Numbered from the stretch's first letter, positions 23,111 through 36,741 are shown. The stretch: DNA of 64,000 bases from Setoptus koraiensis (GCA_048013815.1 CM106586.1:8370001-8434000), one strand, 5' to 3'. Notes: generated from the letters alone by a model not told the origin. Translations and numbers: made by a program.

Positions 23111-25296
23111 ATGAATTTCGAGAAGTCCACTTTGGCCAATCTGTTGAAGGAGGCCGGTTGCCAAGTATTCCTAGACTGCTTATCACAGATTCCAGGCCAC
23201 AAAGATCTTATATTAAGTCTCAAGATTATAACACAATTAGACGCGTTATGCGGCATGCAAAAGCTTCGATTAAATGGCGTAGAGAAGGTGTTTAGACTGC
23301 AATCTAGTCCAGCCATATCAGACACTCAGAATAGGTGCTACGTTATCAGACCCGTGGTAGAAGAAGTCAGACTTGTAGCCGACCAAATCAACGCCTATCT
23401 CAACAAGGATGACGATGCCTACGGTCCAACAGACGCGAAATTTTGGATTATTTTCATATCGAAACTCGTGAGTTTACTTCAACTGTTTGCTAAATATATT
23501 AGTCAAGAGGTCAGAAAGAGAGATTATACAATATATCTATAATCATAATATAACATCTCTTCCTTTATTCTCAACTCTTCCATTTCCATTAACAGACTTT
23601 TATCTGCGATCAAGTTATGGAAGAGGAGGGCATTCTAGAGTACGTCAATGTGCTAGAATGTCCACTAGGACTGATTCCCTTAGAACACGATCTCTATTCT
23701 ATGGAGGATGATAAAATGTTCTATTCTCTATATCTCTCCAAAGATACTGCCCCATTGTCGAATATTGTCACCACTTTGATTCAACTGCAAACATTGTCTG
23801 GCCACATTCCAGAGATTCATGGCCAAGGCAGATATGCTAAAATAGTAGCCGATAAACTTGATCAAGCATATCTTTTATCTTCGGATACAAAGAAGACCGA
23901 CACAAAAAACCTCAACAGTCAAGAGGAACCGAGTCGTCCATCAAAAAGTACATTCACAGACATTTATCTCATCGATCGTGACACAGACTACGCATCGATA
24001 CTATTGTCTCAGTTGAATTACGAGGGTATCATTGATGAATCATTTAATATTTGTTGTTGCAAGATAGAAGTGGAAACAAAGGTTTCAAAAACATCAGATA
24101 AAACAGTTGTCAAGCATTCTCTGGCCAGCGAGAATGACCCAATCTATAGGCATATCAGGGATAATCACTTTTCTACCGTATTCTCTTGTCTCAAGAACAA
24201 AAACCACGAAATGAAAGAAAAATATAGTAAGGGTCAAGATATGAATTTGTCAAATTTGAAGAATTTCGTTGCAAACGAATTGAAGAGTCTTCAAACAGAA
24301 TTCAAATGCCTGGCATTACACATAAGTGCATGCGAGAAAATCATGAACGAGAGAAATAAATATGATTTTGGAGAGCAACTTCGTGTTGAACAAAACATTC
24401 TTGAAGGCGTGGAAACTAAAAAATGTCTCAACTATTTAGACAAGATGATCTTGCACCAACTTAATCCGTATGTACCTTTGAGACTGCTAGCATTACTATC
24501 ATTAGTACAGGGCGGACTACCAACAAGGGACTACTATCGCTATTTAATGATTTACTGTCAGAATTTTGGGCCCATCAATATGATAACTTTCCAGCATTTA
24601 AAGAAACTAGGTTTGATAACTGAATTCAATCTTTCACTCAATATGTTAACTAATAATATGAAAAATTCATCAAGTGGCAATAGTATCAATGGATTAAGTT
24701 TAAATAATAGCCAAAACAGTACTACATCAAATAGAGCATCATCCACTTTTGCCGCCACTTTGACAGGTGCCATGTCGTCTCTAACCGAAGCCGCTAGTAA
24801 CAAGGTGGCGGCTGCTGTTTCTAGTTCAGTTATGCCAAGGAGAGGAAATTTTAATAATGTGCTAAAAAAATTTCAACTAGTACCTGAAGTTGGTGAGACC
24901 GGTTATAATATCAGAGAGCCAACTGATTGTGCTTTCGTTTTTGGTGGTGCCTACATACCGTTAGTGTGCCAATTGGTGGATCGTTTTGTATTGCCAACGC
25001 GAAAGAATCAAAATCAGACAAATCTAAACTCAGTTGAACTTATGAAACTATTATCTGGTCCAAACTTTAGAAGAAAGCACCCGCTGCTCTATGAGAGCTC
25101 ACCAATTCCAAATTCAACCCCGGAAAGAGTCATATTGGTTTTTTTCATCGGTGGTGTAACATATGCTGAAATGACGGCGTTGAGGTTTTTGGCTAAGCAA
25201 CGCGGCATCAAGATAGCTGTGGCAGCAACCTCTATAATCAACGGCAATAGATTGATGACCTCTCTAGTGCCCAAGATTGCCGATCGTGTGGCGTGA
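23111..25296 (+). CDS. VPS33B: Sec1/Munc18 family VPS33B; exons 23111-23467 and 23596-25296
   Basis: IPGHKDL, CYVIRP, spliced IFISKL|TFICDQVMEEEG (GT 23468, AG 23595), LIPLEHDLYSME, IDRDTDY..LLSQLNYEGIIDE, FVFGGAYIPL and FFIGGVTYAEMTALRFL. Confidence 0.9.
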
Positions 25297-27992
25297 ATCC
25301 AAGGACTATCTGAATTTGACTCAATCGATGATGTGATATACATGTACATATATATATATATATATAAATATTATATATGGGAACCGCAATAAATATTGCT
25401 TGAACACTAATTTAAGTCGTATCAACTCATTTAACTAATACATGTACATGAAGCACCAATTTTTTCTAACCTAATGATTGGCTGATTCATAGCTCCTATA
25501 GATTTAATTGAGTCACAGCTTTATTTGGCACGCTCTTGTGTTGATGAGAGGAGTTTTGCTAGACAATGATAAAAATCTAATCAATATATCTTGAACATAG
25601 AGATCTTATTTTCCAGCCTAAACGATTATCGACTACTTGATCAATCACTGTCGGCGTTAATGGAGCCACACTTGCGGCAAAAATGACTTAATTGACCACA
25701 ATCTAGATATTATAGAGTATATATACTCCGAAAACAAAGTGGCTTTTATCTAGTCACTTTATAGATTCATTTGTGGCATGTTATCTTACATAGTGTCTGA
25801 CTCAACAAATAAAAGTCTGATGTATAGACAACGCGGTTCAATCGGTTAGTAATTGAATCTTATACATGCCACTATATATTAGTTTATGTTGCATTATAAT
25901 GGTGATTGTATGACAATGATGTTGTAAATTTAGAGAGGAATCGCGAAAAGTGTTGAGAGCTTTTTCTTTCAACTTTGGCTTTGACCTGATTGAGTCTAAC
26001 CAATACTAAGCAAGTATATTGGCGATTCAGACAAGATAATTAGATGGATAGATGTTGCGCTTGTGCGATGCTGCGGTGCACAATAAGACGGATGGGGGTG
26101 ATCTATTCCAGAAGTGGTTAGGTTGACTTACCAGTCCTTATTCGTCCACATTTGCCCAAACAGGAGACGGGAATTCCAGATGAGAAAGAAAAGTTTTCTT
26201 GGAGCGGAACAATTTTCGCAAAGAAAAAAAGTCATTCGAACAAGTCTCTGAAAACGACCACCAAGGGGAGCTAGACAGTACATCGGATACTTTACGTCTA
26301 GTTGGTTAGATAATTTTCAAGTTTGTTGGACGTCTGGCGGCGAACGTATGCAGTTGTTATCAGGCAAAAAAGACTCGATAAACGAAAAAAGTCGGCTTAT
26401 TATCGGCGAAAAATAGCAAAAAATACATATTATCCCTCTTTGATCGCTATCTCTTTCTAGCCCTTTCCTTGCACTGCTGACAAGTTGTGAGATTATGTTC
26501 CAAATCTGGGTTATGTCTTGCATCATGTTTCTCAGAACCATCTTGCTTTTCGAGCATTGCTGTTCATGATAGAAGAGATAATATTGATGGTATTGGTGTT
26601 ACGAGTAAGATCTCTGTTGTTGCAGCGCAATCAACCGAACAATTAGTTTGTATCATCATCGAGGCGACATAAACACTTTAGCCGGCCACTGTGTCGACGA
26701 CTGAAATGTAAAGTGTCTGTCAATGCTCGCCACTTTTTGAGGATAATCCAAGGGATGAGCCAATCGATTGTTTGTCAAGTATTTCTGCATAATAACGTTG
26801 ATCTAGAATGAGTTCAGTGCAACATTTGCAGCCACTCATACCAATGATAAATAGTGAATTTGGTTGAAGAAGCTCACGTGAAAAATATGCAATGAGATCA
26901 TGGTGTCCACATGGGCATCCACACTGTCGAATTCGACTCAATGATGTAAACGATGGCTCGAGTTTTTGTATCAGAAAAAGAGGCTTCACTATTGGTTTCG
27001 CCGGCAGTGAGATTGCTGTTTTCTGAAACAAACGAGCCCTTTCAGACTGTCCAGAGATGGGCCAACAATTTATTGTGTCAGCTCAAAGCGAAAACAAAAA
27101 TTTCACCCTATTTCATAGTTATGGTCGATTCAGCAGATTAGTCTTGCCGAAATTCAGCCAAACTGAATAATAATAAAAAAAAAACATCGAGTACTGACTT
27201 TGGTCGTCACGATGCACGCATCATGAAGGCTTTGTTTCTGAAGCCATTGTTGTCTCTATCTATTTGTAACAAGCTGTTGTTTAGTTTTGAGCGACGACCT
27301 TCACGAGAAAATGATGCAAGAAACAATGATTATTATTATGCAACTAAAAAGCATGAATAGTAATGAGAAAACCGTTCAATCTGTCAAGGCCTGTCTGTAA
27401 TATAGGCTGTCGGCATGATCAGCTAAATTTAATCGACACAATTTGCGCCTAACCGATAGCTAGCGTAGCTCGAGTAAGTTAAGTGTCTGCACAATTTACT
27501 TATTCGAAGTAATAATTATCAACCTCCATCATCAGTCCTATATATCCGCCACAAGTGTCACTTGTAAGCAAGCAAGATCTATATTTGTTGTTATATAACG
27601 TTTAAAGAGTATAATTGAAATCAATAATTAAAACGATTGCAGAGATTTCTTATTATCTATTACATCATTTATTATAATTGTTGTTTGTAGTTGCATGTTT
27701 AGATTCTATTTTTATCACTAATGCGACTAATTAAATTGCATTTGATTTATTTTGGTTATAGTTTACAGTATTTGCTTGTGTTGTGTTGTCGTCAATTAAT
27801 TATAATCTCATAATGAACATTTTAACTAATTAATATTTTAATTAATGTGATTTCGATGTGTGATTCATTGTGGCTAGTGGCGCCGCCTCACACAATCTGA
27901 TTAGTATCGATAGTGGTGGTGGTGATTGTTGTCAAATATAATTTGCCAACGTTTAATAGATCATACATGAGGGTATTGTCAATTAATTATAA

Positions 27993-28934
27993 TCATGATG
28001 AATTAATTAGTCGCGGCGGATGAGAATTGCTCATTCTGATCATGGTGGTCATGTCTAATGAAAATAAATTATTTTTCGTTGCGTTACTGGTGGACCTCTT
28101 CCTTCGGCGACCGTATCCCACTTGTCCGTAGCCACAGTCAATTTTCGGGCATTGTTTTATGCAAACGTTCACAGTGCCAACAAATAGCAAATGATTTGAA
28201 TCGGGGAACTTAAACGCTCTAAATTTAGCCCTCAACGATTTGTCTTCTTCATTCAATTCAAACTGACCAAATAAATAATTATCTATAGAGCAACCATTCA
28301 TAACAATAACTTCAGATCTGTTTCTCGGCGTGTTGTCTGTGACTTTCAAATATGAGGCAGTCAATCCGTATACTTTACTAGAGGCCTCATCTAAATATAT
28401 TATCATCTCTAACGGGGTGCCCGGTTGCACTTCAATAGCGCTGTCAACTATAATACCATTTTGTCGCACTGCAACATTTAATATTGGCTTAGGAGCAACG
28501 CCGGTGGCATTCTTTCCGGCGAAATCAATATCTTCCGCTTCGGTGAAATTAACTGGAAAATCTATTTCGGTGAAATTGGGAGGTAGCTCGTTATTATTAT
28601 TATTATTGTTATTGCTGTTCAATTGGAATGGCGACGATGATCTCTCGCGTTGATTAGCTAACAATGATGATTGTTGTTGCTGAGGTTGTGTTGCTGAGGA
28701 GGATAGTTGGGCCGCTTGCGAGCACGCTAGCATGAATATATTTACAATAAACAATACATATACAATAATCTGAAAGTAGCTTAGTAAATATCGACTCTGA
28801 CTATTGTAACTACGACGATGTGACAATTTTGTGCCGTTGCATAATTGTGGCAACAATTGCGCGCTTGTGATTAGTTTGTGATCTGAATGGGGGGCGGCCG
28901 CATTCGCGTCCGACCTGATGGTAAGCTGAGTCAT
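27993..28934 (-). CDS. Secreted zona pellucida (ZP)-family protein with a ZP-C-like domain only
   Basis: Hydrophobic segment YLLSYFQIIVYVLFIVNIFMLAC, Q/N-rich linker, ZP-C motifs IVMNGCSIDNYLFGQF, AKFRAFKFPDS and GTVNVCIKQCPKIDC, furin site RRRKRS; no downstream TM. Confidence 0.8.
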   Translation of the reverse strand: MTQLTIRSDANAAAPHSDHKLITSAQLLPQLCNGTKLSHRRSYNSQSRYLLSYFQIIVYVLFIVNIFMLACSQAAQLSSSATQPQQQQSSLLANQRERSSSPFQLNSNNNNNNNNELPPNFTEIDFPVNFTEAEDIDFAGKNATGVAPKPILNVAVRQNGIIVDSAIEVQPGTPLEMIIYLDEASSKVYGLTASYLKVTDNTPRNRSEVIVMNGCSIDNYLFGQFELNEEDKSLRAKFRAFKFPDSNHLLFVGTVNVCIKQCPKIDCGYGQVGYGRRRKRSTSNATKNNLFSLDMTTMIRMSNSHPPRLINSS

Positions 28935-31059
28935 GACGGCCCCAATTATTATTTAATTAAGATTGATTAGTTTAATTAGTTTTAATTGAATTAATTGATT
29001 GGCGCAACGAATGTTGTTGGCGCTGGCGATGTTGCAATTGGTGTTGGTGTTGCTGGTGTTGTTGCTGGTGTTGCTGGTGTTGCTGGTGCTGCTGTGAACA
29101 GATTGACTAACCTGTTCATAAGTGCGCTGATTAATTCAACACATCACACACTTAGACAGGCAAACATTGCAACAAGATGAAAACATCAAATTATTGCAAC
29201 AGATTGCGCTTGTTGTCGTTGGTGTTGCTGTCCAAGTCGGAGCTTGTGTGTTGTCCTATTGGACAGGTGACTTGACCAGGCAACACTGGCACTGGTCAGT
29301 TGACGCTTCTATTGTTATTGGGGTTGTCGCTCGTTGTTGCCACGTTGTCTCATTGGTTTGTCTGGCAGCTACTGTTTTGTTTGTGTTGTTACCACCAAGT
29401 TGAAGCACCTGTCTCAGTCAAAGTCTTAGTGCCGCCAGCGTCGCTTTATATTATTATTGTTATTGCTGCAGTTGTTGTTGTTGTTGTTGTCGTCGTCGTC
29501 GTTGATGATGATGATGATGACGATGATGAGAAGCGTATTAAGAAGTTAGAAGCTGGACGCTTTTGTTAAGTTGAGTCGAGTTAGCCGTCGAACGATCTCG
29601 CCGTCTGTGTCGTCTTTGTCGTCTATGTCGTGGTTGTTGTTGTTGCTACCGTTGTTGTTGCTGCTGCTGTTGGTGGCGGTGGTGTTGCTGCTAGTGGACA
29701 ACCGGACAATTGGACACAGGACACACTGCGACCAACTGTGACCACTCTGATTAGATTTGTTCAGGATAGTGTTGTTTTAGTAGGCGCGCTGACACAGATC
29801 TATTTATCGTTTCTTTTTTTGATTGTTATTGTTGTTGTCCGTCGTGTCGCTTGCCGGTGATGTTGCTTGCGACGCCGATGGTGTCTAATGTCGTTTATGG
29901 CTGCGGTTGATTCTCGTCGTCGTCGTAGTCGTCGTCGTCGTCGTCGTCGTCAATTGATCGTTGTCCAGCGACTATCTACGGCTAGCTTGTATGGCTATCT
30001 ACTCGCTTGCTGGCTATCCCACTGGATGGATGCACGGATGGATGGACAGCTGACTGTGCCCAAGTGTAACGTTACATTGACGAGTCAACAGAGTAAGCAA
30101 ATATCTAGGTGAGGAAGTAACTGTTTGTTAGATGATTGAATGAAAATTTATTAGTGGCAGTTGCTGTTGTTGTTGCAAAAAACACAGACAACAGCAGATA
30201 ACAACAAGACAGTGGGAAAAAGACAAGCGAGGGAACGTTCGAGAGAAGCGAGAAAAAGCAACAAGTTTTACGTTTCGAGAGCACGACTCAAGGACGTGAG
30301 TAAGCTGCCGCCACCACCGCAACCACCACAAACAACAGCAACAGCAACCACATCAACAGCCACAGCCACAATAACTCAACTCATCCAAGACAACAACAAG
30401 TTATTGTAAAGATTGTACCATTTTTGGGCATCAACATTTACACCTTTAATCACGTAGAGAGATTACCTTTCGAGGATGGTAGGCGTAGACGTCGAGAAAG
30501 AGAGATTTAACAATACCGTCGGCCAGATATAGATATACTTCTACTTATACTTTGTTAAACTTGAACAACAGCAACAACAACCACTGATACAACAACGACT
30601 GCCAGCAACAATCGGCTCGACGAAATTCTAGCGGCCAGAGGAGCGACAGCCGGCAAATGCTTGCAATCACGCCAGCCGTCTCGTCGATATTCAGATATTC
30701 AGCGTATTGATAGCGCAAGTATTGATGTTGTGATGCACTGGAGTGGTATTGGCCCTTTCGGAATAAAAGGGCTCATTTGGCCAGCCAGGCTGGCAGCCAA
30801 AACGACACGACAGGCCAGAAGGAAATTATTCAAATTTCCAAATATTGTTATTCAAATTATTATTATTATCTGGCTGCCTTCGCTCACACTGGCTGGCTGG
30901 CTGACATTGTTGGTGCCCATGAAGTGTGTGGGCGGCAAGCTGTTTTGCATTAGTGATACATTGACTGCGTGAAATCAAACTCTGACAGCGCCAAACTAAC
31001 AGCCATCATCTTTTATTGACTGACAATTGCTCCTATAGATTTACATAAATGTATAGGTG

Positions 31060-31062
<3 letters not shown>

Positions 31063-31103
<41 letters not shown>
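31063..31103. repeat. (CA)n microsatellite
   Basis: Direct reading. Confidence 0.92.
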
Positions 31104-31107
<4 letters not shown>

Positions 31108-33296
31108 GAGCAACAACAACAACAATATGCAAACAACAAAAGCCAGCCAATCTGTTGCACTTGTTCGCCAGCATCGTCACTGTATCGCAACAACAACAAC
31201 AGCAACAACAGTGTGTCGTTTCGCCAAGCCACCAGCCGGCCAGATTCTTGTAGGCATGCATTTTCAAGTGAGCATTTACTAGTAGTTAGTGCAGTTGTTT
31301 GTGCACTTGTCTATAAACTGTTGTTGCCGTTGTTGTTGCTGGCTCACGTCTACGAGTGATTTGTGTTGCTGTGATTTCTGCTGTGCATTCCAGTGAGTGC
31401 ACGGCAGAAATTAGACAGTGCATAGATAATTGTTACACACCGGCAAGACAGAAAAAATCAAATCGCTGACGCATCTCATGCTCGAGATAGTGACAAACAA
31501 AAATGTCTTCCACTACAATAACAATATTCAATGTTCAATACACCTAGGTGCATTGATATCAGATATGTATAAATATATATCTGTATTAATACTGACTTGT
31601 GACTAAAGAACACGATAGTGACACGATCGTGTCGTCTATAGCTTACATGGCGGCAGCGCCAACGACTATTAGCCATCAATTGCAACATAACAGTCTTGCC
31701 AGTTTCACGCTAGACAGCGCTCGCATAAGCTATGACGTTGGGGTGTATCGGGCAAATTGTTACGTATCTATTGTTACTAATTGTTTGCTATTGCGTGCGC
31801 GCTACGCTGTTAGTTTCATTACAACCAAACACAAAATCCATTGGCCATCTTGTGGCTAGCGGCGAAAACTCGTGACAGTGTCTCCAATGGCCCACAGGGC
31901 AATTAATTGTGTGTGATACATTGCGTAGTGGTTACTCAATTGCTTGCGCCAATGTTGATTTGCACTTAATTTATTTATCATGATCTCAATTTTTGTCGCT
32001 CCAGACGATTAATGGCAATCTATAGTTGTTGTATAGTTGTTGTATTGTTGTTGTTTAGTTGGTCGATTACAACAACAGATATCGTCGGCGGCCAATTCAC
32101 ACCATCCTCGCTCCTCCTCTGTCGTTATCGTTATATCTCTCTGCCTCTCCGTCTTTTTTCTCTCTACATACATTAATGTCCATATGTAATGTGACATTAA
32201 TGTCAATGCGCATACTTCTTGGGGAAGGGATGTTAAAGAAGATTAATAGTGTCTATTAATTGACTATCAGCGTTTTGTCATCTCAATCATTGATAGAACG
32301 CATGATTAGATGCATTATGCTTGATGTACAGTGTGCGTTCACGAAACAGCTATACTGCGGCACATACTGCGACTGACGCTCACTCACACTGCATATGAAA
32401 ATCTGAGTGCGCCGCCCTGGCGGCTTCTAAAAGAAATGGGAAAAAAGCCATTGGAAAAAACGCACACTGTACATGATTGTTGTCGCTACTAACTAATAAC
32501 TGGTAACAAATAATGACTAACCAACGATACCATTGAGTTCCCTGACATTGTTATCGAGCAAATTATGTATTTTGTAAATAATTCACGCCACTTGAAACTC
32601 CGCAAACTGCCCTTGATACTGTGTCTTCAAACGATAACTAGCGGCAATTAATGACATCCTCTCATATAAAAGAGGATCAAATTGCTATGTGATCGACAAA
32701 AATATAGGTGTCATGTGCATCAATAACAACAACCACAACATCAAGCCAGTGAAGTGAAATTCATGCCGGTAAGAGTCTAACCATTTCAAGCAAAGCAAAC
32801 AGCAACAACTGTTCAAAGAACTTTCACAACGCTCTACGCCATCCAACAGCAACCCTCTCAATCGTATATTATCTAGCACCCAATTATCTAATTTGGAAAT
32901 CATGGTATCATATCCAATAAATCACACGCACGAGCGTATAGCTGCCCTCATCAGAGTGATCTCTCTCATAGTGGGAACATTGTTTATGACCATAGTGGTC
33001 TCTTTCATACTCCTGTACATGAATAAACTACTTCAACCATCTTCATACCATTCCTACTTGACTTTTATTTCGTTATTCTTATCTATATTTCATATCCATT
33101 AATTCATTTCTACATTTATAATTATACTTATATATATATATATATATACATACATACATACATATATATGGCAGCTAATGTACGTGTTTCCTTTTGCTAA
33201 TGTGTCGATGTATATTTGCAATGTGTGCGTTCCTTTCCTAGTTGTTGCTATGTAATAACGAACAACAGCGCACATTTTGGCAAATTTATTATGCAA

Positions 33297-35009
33297 TCAT
33301 ACTTGAGTTATATTGGCCAACTGGGACAAACTTGGTGCGCTAGGTTTAGCGGTTAGTTTGGCCTTTTGGGATCGCTTCGGTGTGCCCGATGACGATTGTT
33401 GTGGTGTCACATTTTGAGTATAATTAAGTAACTTTCTCAATCCTTTGCTCATGTAGTACGGACGCTCAAAGCCATCGTTATTCTCGCAATCTATTAGGAA
33501 ACATATAAATAGCGTGTCTACCGCCATGTTGTAGACATTGAAGAATCCTTTGGCAATGAAATAAGTGCCCACTATTACTATCACTAATGGGAGCCATTTG
33601 TGGTGAAGTTTTGGCACCTCAATGGTGCCTGGTGGCAAAAATTCTAACATATCATCATAATTAAATAGAAAAAATATTATGCAACCCGTAAGGCAAGTTA
33701 CTAGAATTCTGCTGATTAGTAACAAGAAATCAGTTACATAATCCAAAACTAGTGCCTTTGTAGAATTATTAAGCAGTAAATTTAAAGCACGCTTAGCAGA
33801 GGCGAAGTAACCCTCATGGTACATGGACATCATAATGTAAGCGTTCCTATTGATATACTTTAAGAAGCCATCCAACAACCAAAAGAATACTCGCCAAACA
33901 CAATTAATGCTTCTCAAGGACGCATTTGCGCCATTATTGGTACCTTGATCGCGCAAACGTTTGTCGAGGACTTCTAAAATGATTCGAATGTAGCGTATTG
34001 TTGCTATCAAGAAAGACCCAAATGCTATAGATCCCAAGTGGCGCCGAATAACTTGCCACAAACTTGATGTTACGGCAAAGAAGGGCACATCTCTAGGTTT
34101 TCTGAATGTCCAATAATATGATGCAAAAGCTCCAGCCAGAGTTGTTTTAGTGACGCCAGATATGAAATGAATCAACCACAAAGCAGCAAACAGATTATAG
34201 GCGAATATTTTCCAAATGTGTTCCTTGGGTATCAGTTGACGGCGCATGCATATGGTAGGTGGATGTTTGGCAGGATTGCACAATTGAGTAGAATTGTTGA
34301 ATCTATAGGCTGGATGGTTGGCTGAGATCAATAAAAGCGCAATAAATATACCATACAGTATCACAGCTATACCTAATATTCGAGGTATTATAGGAAATAG
34401 CAGGGTGGATTTGACATCGTTGATGGCTTTAGAAGCCTCGCATATCAACGCTATGGAAAGACGTATTCTCCTCTGGAGACCGTGTAATGTAACAGTGAGA
34501 GCAATTAATGCAAATAATATGATGATAGATAATATCAACCAAAACGCGGAGTTCCTAGTGTAAGACAATATCTCTGATGTTATAATAGTTTGCAATGCCT
34601 GATCAAATGGTAGCGTTTGTTCATCCACATCGGAATCATGATTATTTTGCAACTTGTTGTTGTAATCAAAAAAGTAAATGTACTGTGATACGGATAGATA
34701 TAATGCGTAAGCAAATAATAGAGGCAATGATAGTATGGAGGTCCAGACAACAAATTTGGCATTGTATTTAAGTAATAATATCCAGAAGAAGGTTAGCGCC
34801 GCCCCAAAGGCCAGCGCCCATAAAATAAAATTGTAACATTGTCCAAGATCGCTGATGATGCTGTGGCCAAGTTGTTCGTATTGTTCTAGATCGTTCATGG
34901 CCTTTGAGGCGGTCTGATTGAATATGAGCTTAAAGTCGGATAATTGAATGACATAATTGCTCAGATAGGCATATCCGGTCATAAACGCTATAAATATTAA
35001 AAGGAACAT
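33297..35009 (-). CDS. Choline transporter-like protein (SLC44/CTL family), intronless
   Basis: RRIRLSIALICEASKAI, LAGAFASYYW, HLGSIAFGSFLIA, FLKYINRNAYIMMSMYHEGYFASAKRA and VYNMAVDTLFICFLIDCENNDG.ERPYYMS; about 10 hydrophobic segments. Confidence 0.93.
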   Translation of the reverse strand: MFLLIFIAFMTGYAYLSNYVIQLSDFKLIFNQTASKAMNDLEQYEQLGHSIISDLGQCYNFILWALAFGAALTFFWILLLKYNAKFVVWTSILSLPLLFAYALYLSVSQYIYFFDYNNKLQNNHDSDVDEQTLPFDQALQTIITSEILSYTRNSAFWLILSIIILFALIALTVTLHGLQRRIRLSIALICEASKAINDVKSTLLFPIIPRILGIAVILYGIFIALLLISANHPAYRFNNSTQLCNPAKHPPTICMRRQLIPKEHIWKIFAYNLFAALWLIHFISGVTKTTLAGAFASYYWTFRKPRDVPFFAVTSSLWQVIRRHLGSIAFGSFLIATIRYIRIILEVLDKRLRDQGTNNGANASLRSINCVWRVFFWLLDGFLKYINRNAYIMMSMYHEGYFASAKRALNLLLNNSTKALVLDYVTDFLLLISRILVTCLTGCIIFFLFNYDDMLEFLPPGTIEVPKLHHKWLPLVIVIVGTYFIAKGFFNVYNMAVDTLFICFLIDCENNDGFERPYYMSKGLRKLLNYTQNVTPQQSSSGTPKRSQKAKLTAKPSAPSLSQLANITQV

Positions 35010-36741
35010 GGTGGTGCTGTTGTTGTTGGTGGTGGTGTCGTTGTTGTTATTGCTGTTTCACTGTTGAGTTTGTTTGGACACACTCAAACGAATGAGTATG
35101 CAAGTTTTTTCGCTATTTGTTACTGTTTTTCCGTGATAGTTATATGATGGCGACACACAACTACTGGTTGGTGTTATTCGATGACCGCAAAATGTAGTTG
35201 TATATGCACCATGAACTTGATATATAAGTGATATCTGTGTGATTTATGATATGTATGCAGTGTGTATGTATATATAGGAGTGTGCAGCGGCTGGCATCTT
35301 CTTCTGTCGTGTCTGTCGGGATTGATTCGTAATCTGTGCTCAGCTAACCTTTAATGGTCGCTAACTACACTTATTACAATTACAATTACAGTGCTATTGT
35401 TGTTATCGTTAGCCAATCTAGCGCAAATTTTTTCATTAGAGTTGGTGTTTTATTTGCATTGAATGTTTGCTGTTGTTGCTGTTGTTGTTTCTAATATTAG
35501 TGTTGCTTGGTCCCGGGACAGCGGCAATACTAACAACGAATCTACGACAACAATGATACGATGAATTTTCAATCATTTTGTTCACTACTCCATTGAGCTT
35601 GATATTGTTGTTGTGATATCATTAGTGTGATTAGTGGTGCTGGTGGTGTTGTTGGTTTGATCGAGTTTGATTGGCAGTTGTGAATATTGATAGCGGTGAA
35701 TTATTGGTCGCCAGCACTCTAGCCGATGACGACATTATCAGTATAAACAGCCATTGTGTGTGTGTCTGTGTGTATTGAACAAATTGCCAGCCTGTCTGTG
35801 TGTCTGCCCGTCTGTTTGTCTCAGTGACTATTCGGGAAATACCTTGCTGTTGCCGTAACTCTATTTGTAAATGAGCAATATTTGTTTGCTGGTATAATAA
35901 TTATAATTAGAATATTATATTTTCAGCTGCTACTACTGCTGCTGCCGCCGTTGCCAGCCGACAGGTGAACGGTAAGTTGGTGGTAGACAGACAAAATGAA
36001 AATCCTATACCGACGACAAATTTGCGACAACTAATAGTATGATTGCGACAACACTTGTTGCACTTATGCGTTGTGTGTTATTTGTCAAGAAGTATTTTTT
36101 CGCCTGGCTGACTTGACCGCGGACAAACGAGCAGACAAACGAGCGCACAATGCGCAAACTAGGCTCATTTGGTAACACAATCACAGATCGCAATAACAAT
36201 TTGCTGCAAATAGCGGTCGTGCAATATTCTATTGTAACGCCTGTGGCGAAACCCCCAAAAAGCCAAAAGTTGCACTCTGTGCCGTGAGGCAATGTCGCGC
36301 ATTGCGCACACGCTGCTGATTTCAAAGTAAAATCACAAAATCTATAACTGGTATATCATATGATCGCGACCGTGTTGTTGTTTTATTATTATTCTTGAGC
36401 CACGCTATATTTAATGTATAGACAAGTTTTTTTTCTCTAATATACAAGCCACCGTAATCATTGCTATTAATTTAATTGCTTCTCGATTATACACATCCTT
36501 AGCTCACTCTTACGTTATCCGACTTATAAGTCGCTTCTCAATATCCATCACAGCGCTGCTGATATGCTGACACCAGGCAAACGCATTGTTGTTAGTGGAG
36601 CCGACAACTATTGATGGGAAAAACCTATATATTTAATCTTATTTAAACCGTTCTTTAGCTGTGTGCTGTCTCTTAGGCGAGCTTGTTGCGGGATCTCTCT
36701 GTTCAATTCCAAACAATCAATTTCAAATTGCTCGAGACAAC

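Noticed and set aside
32500-33102. Possible single-TM exon (ERIAALIRVISLIVGTLFMTIVVSFILLY) and SH3-like DILSYKRG snippet
   Set aside because: Fragments sit in different frames separated by stops; the hydrophobicity may be compositional; no supportable gene model.
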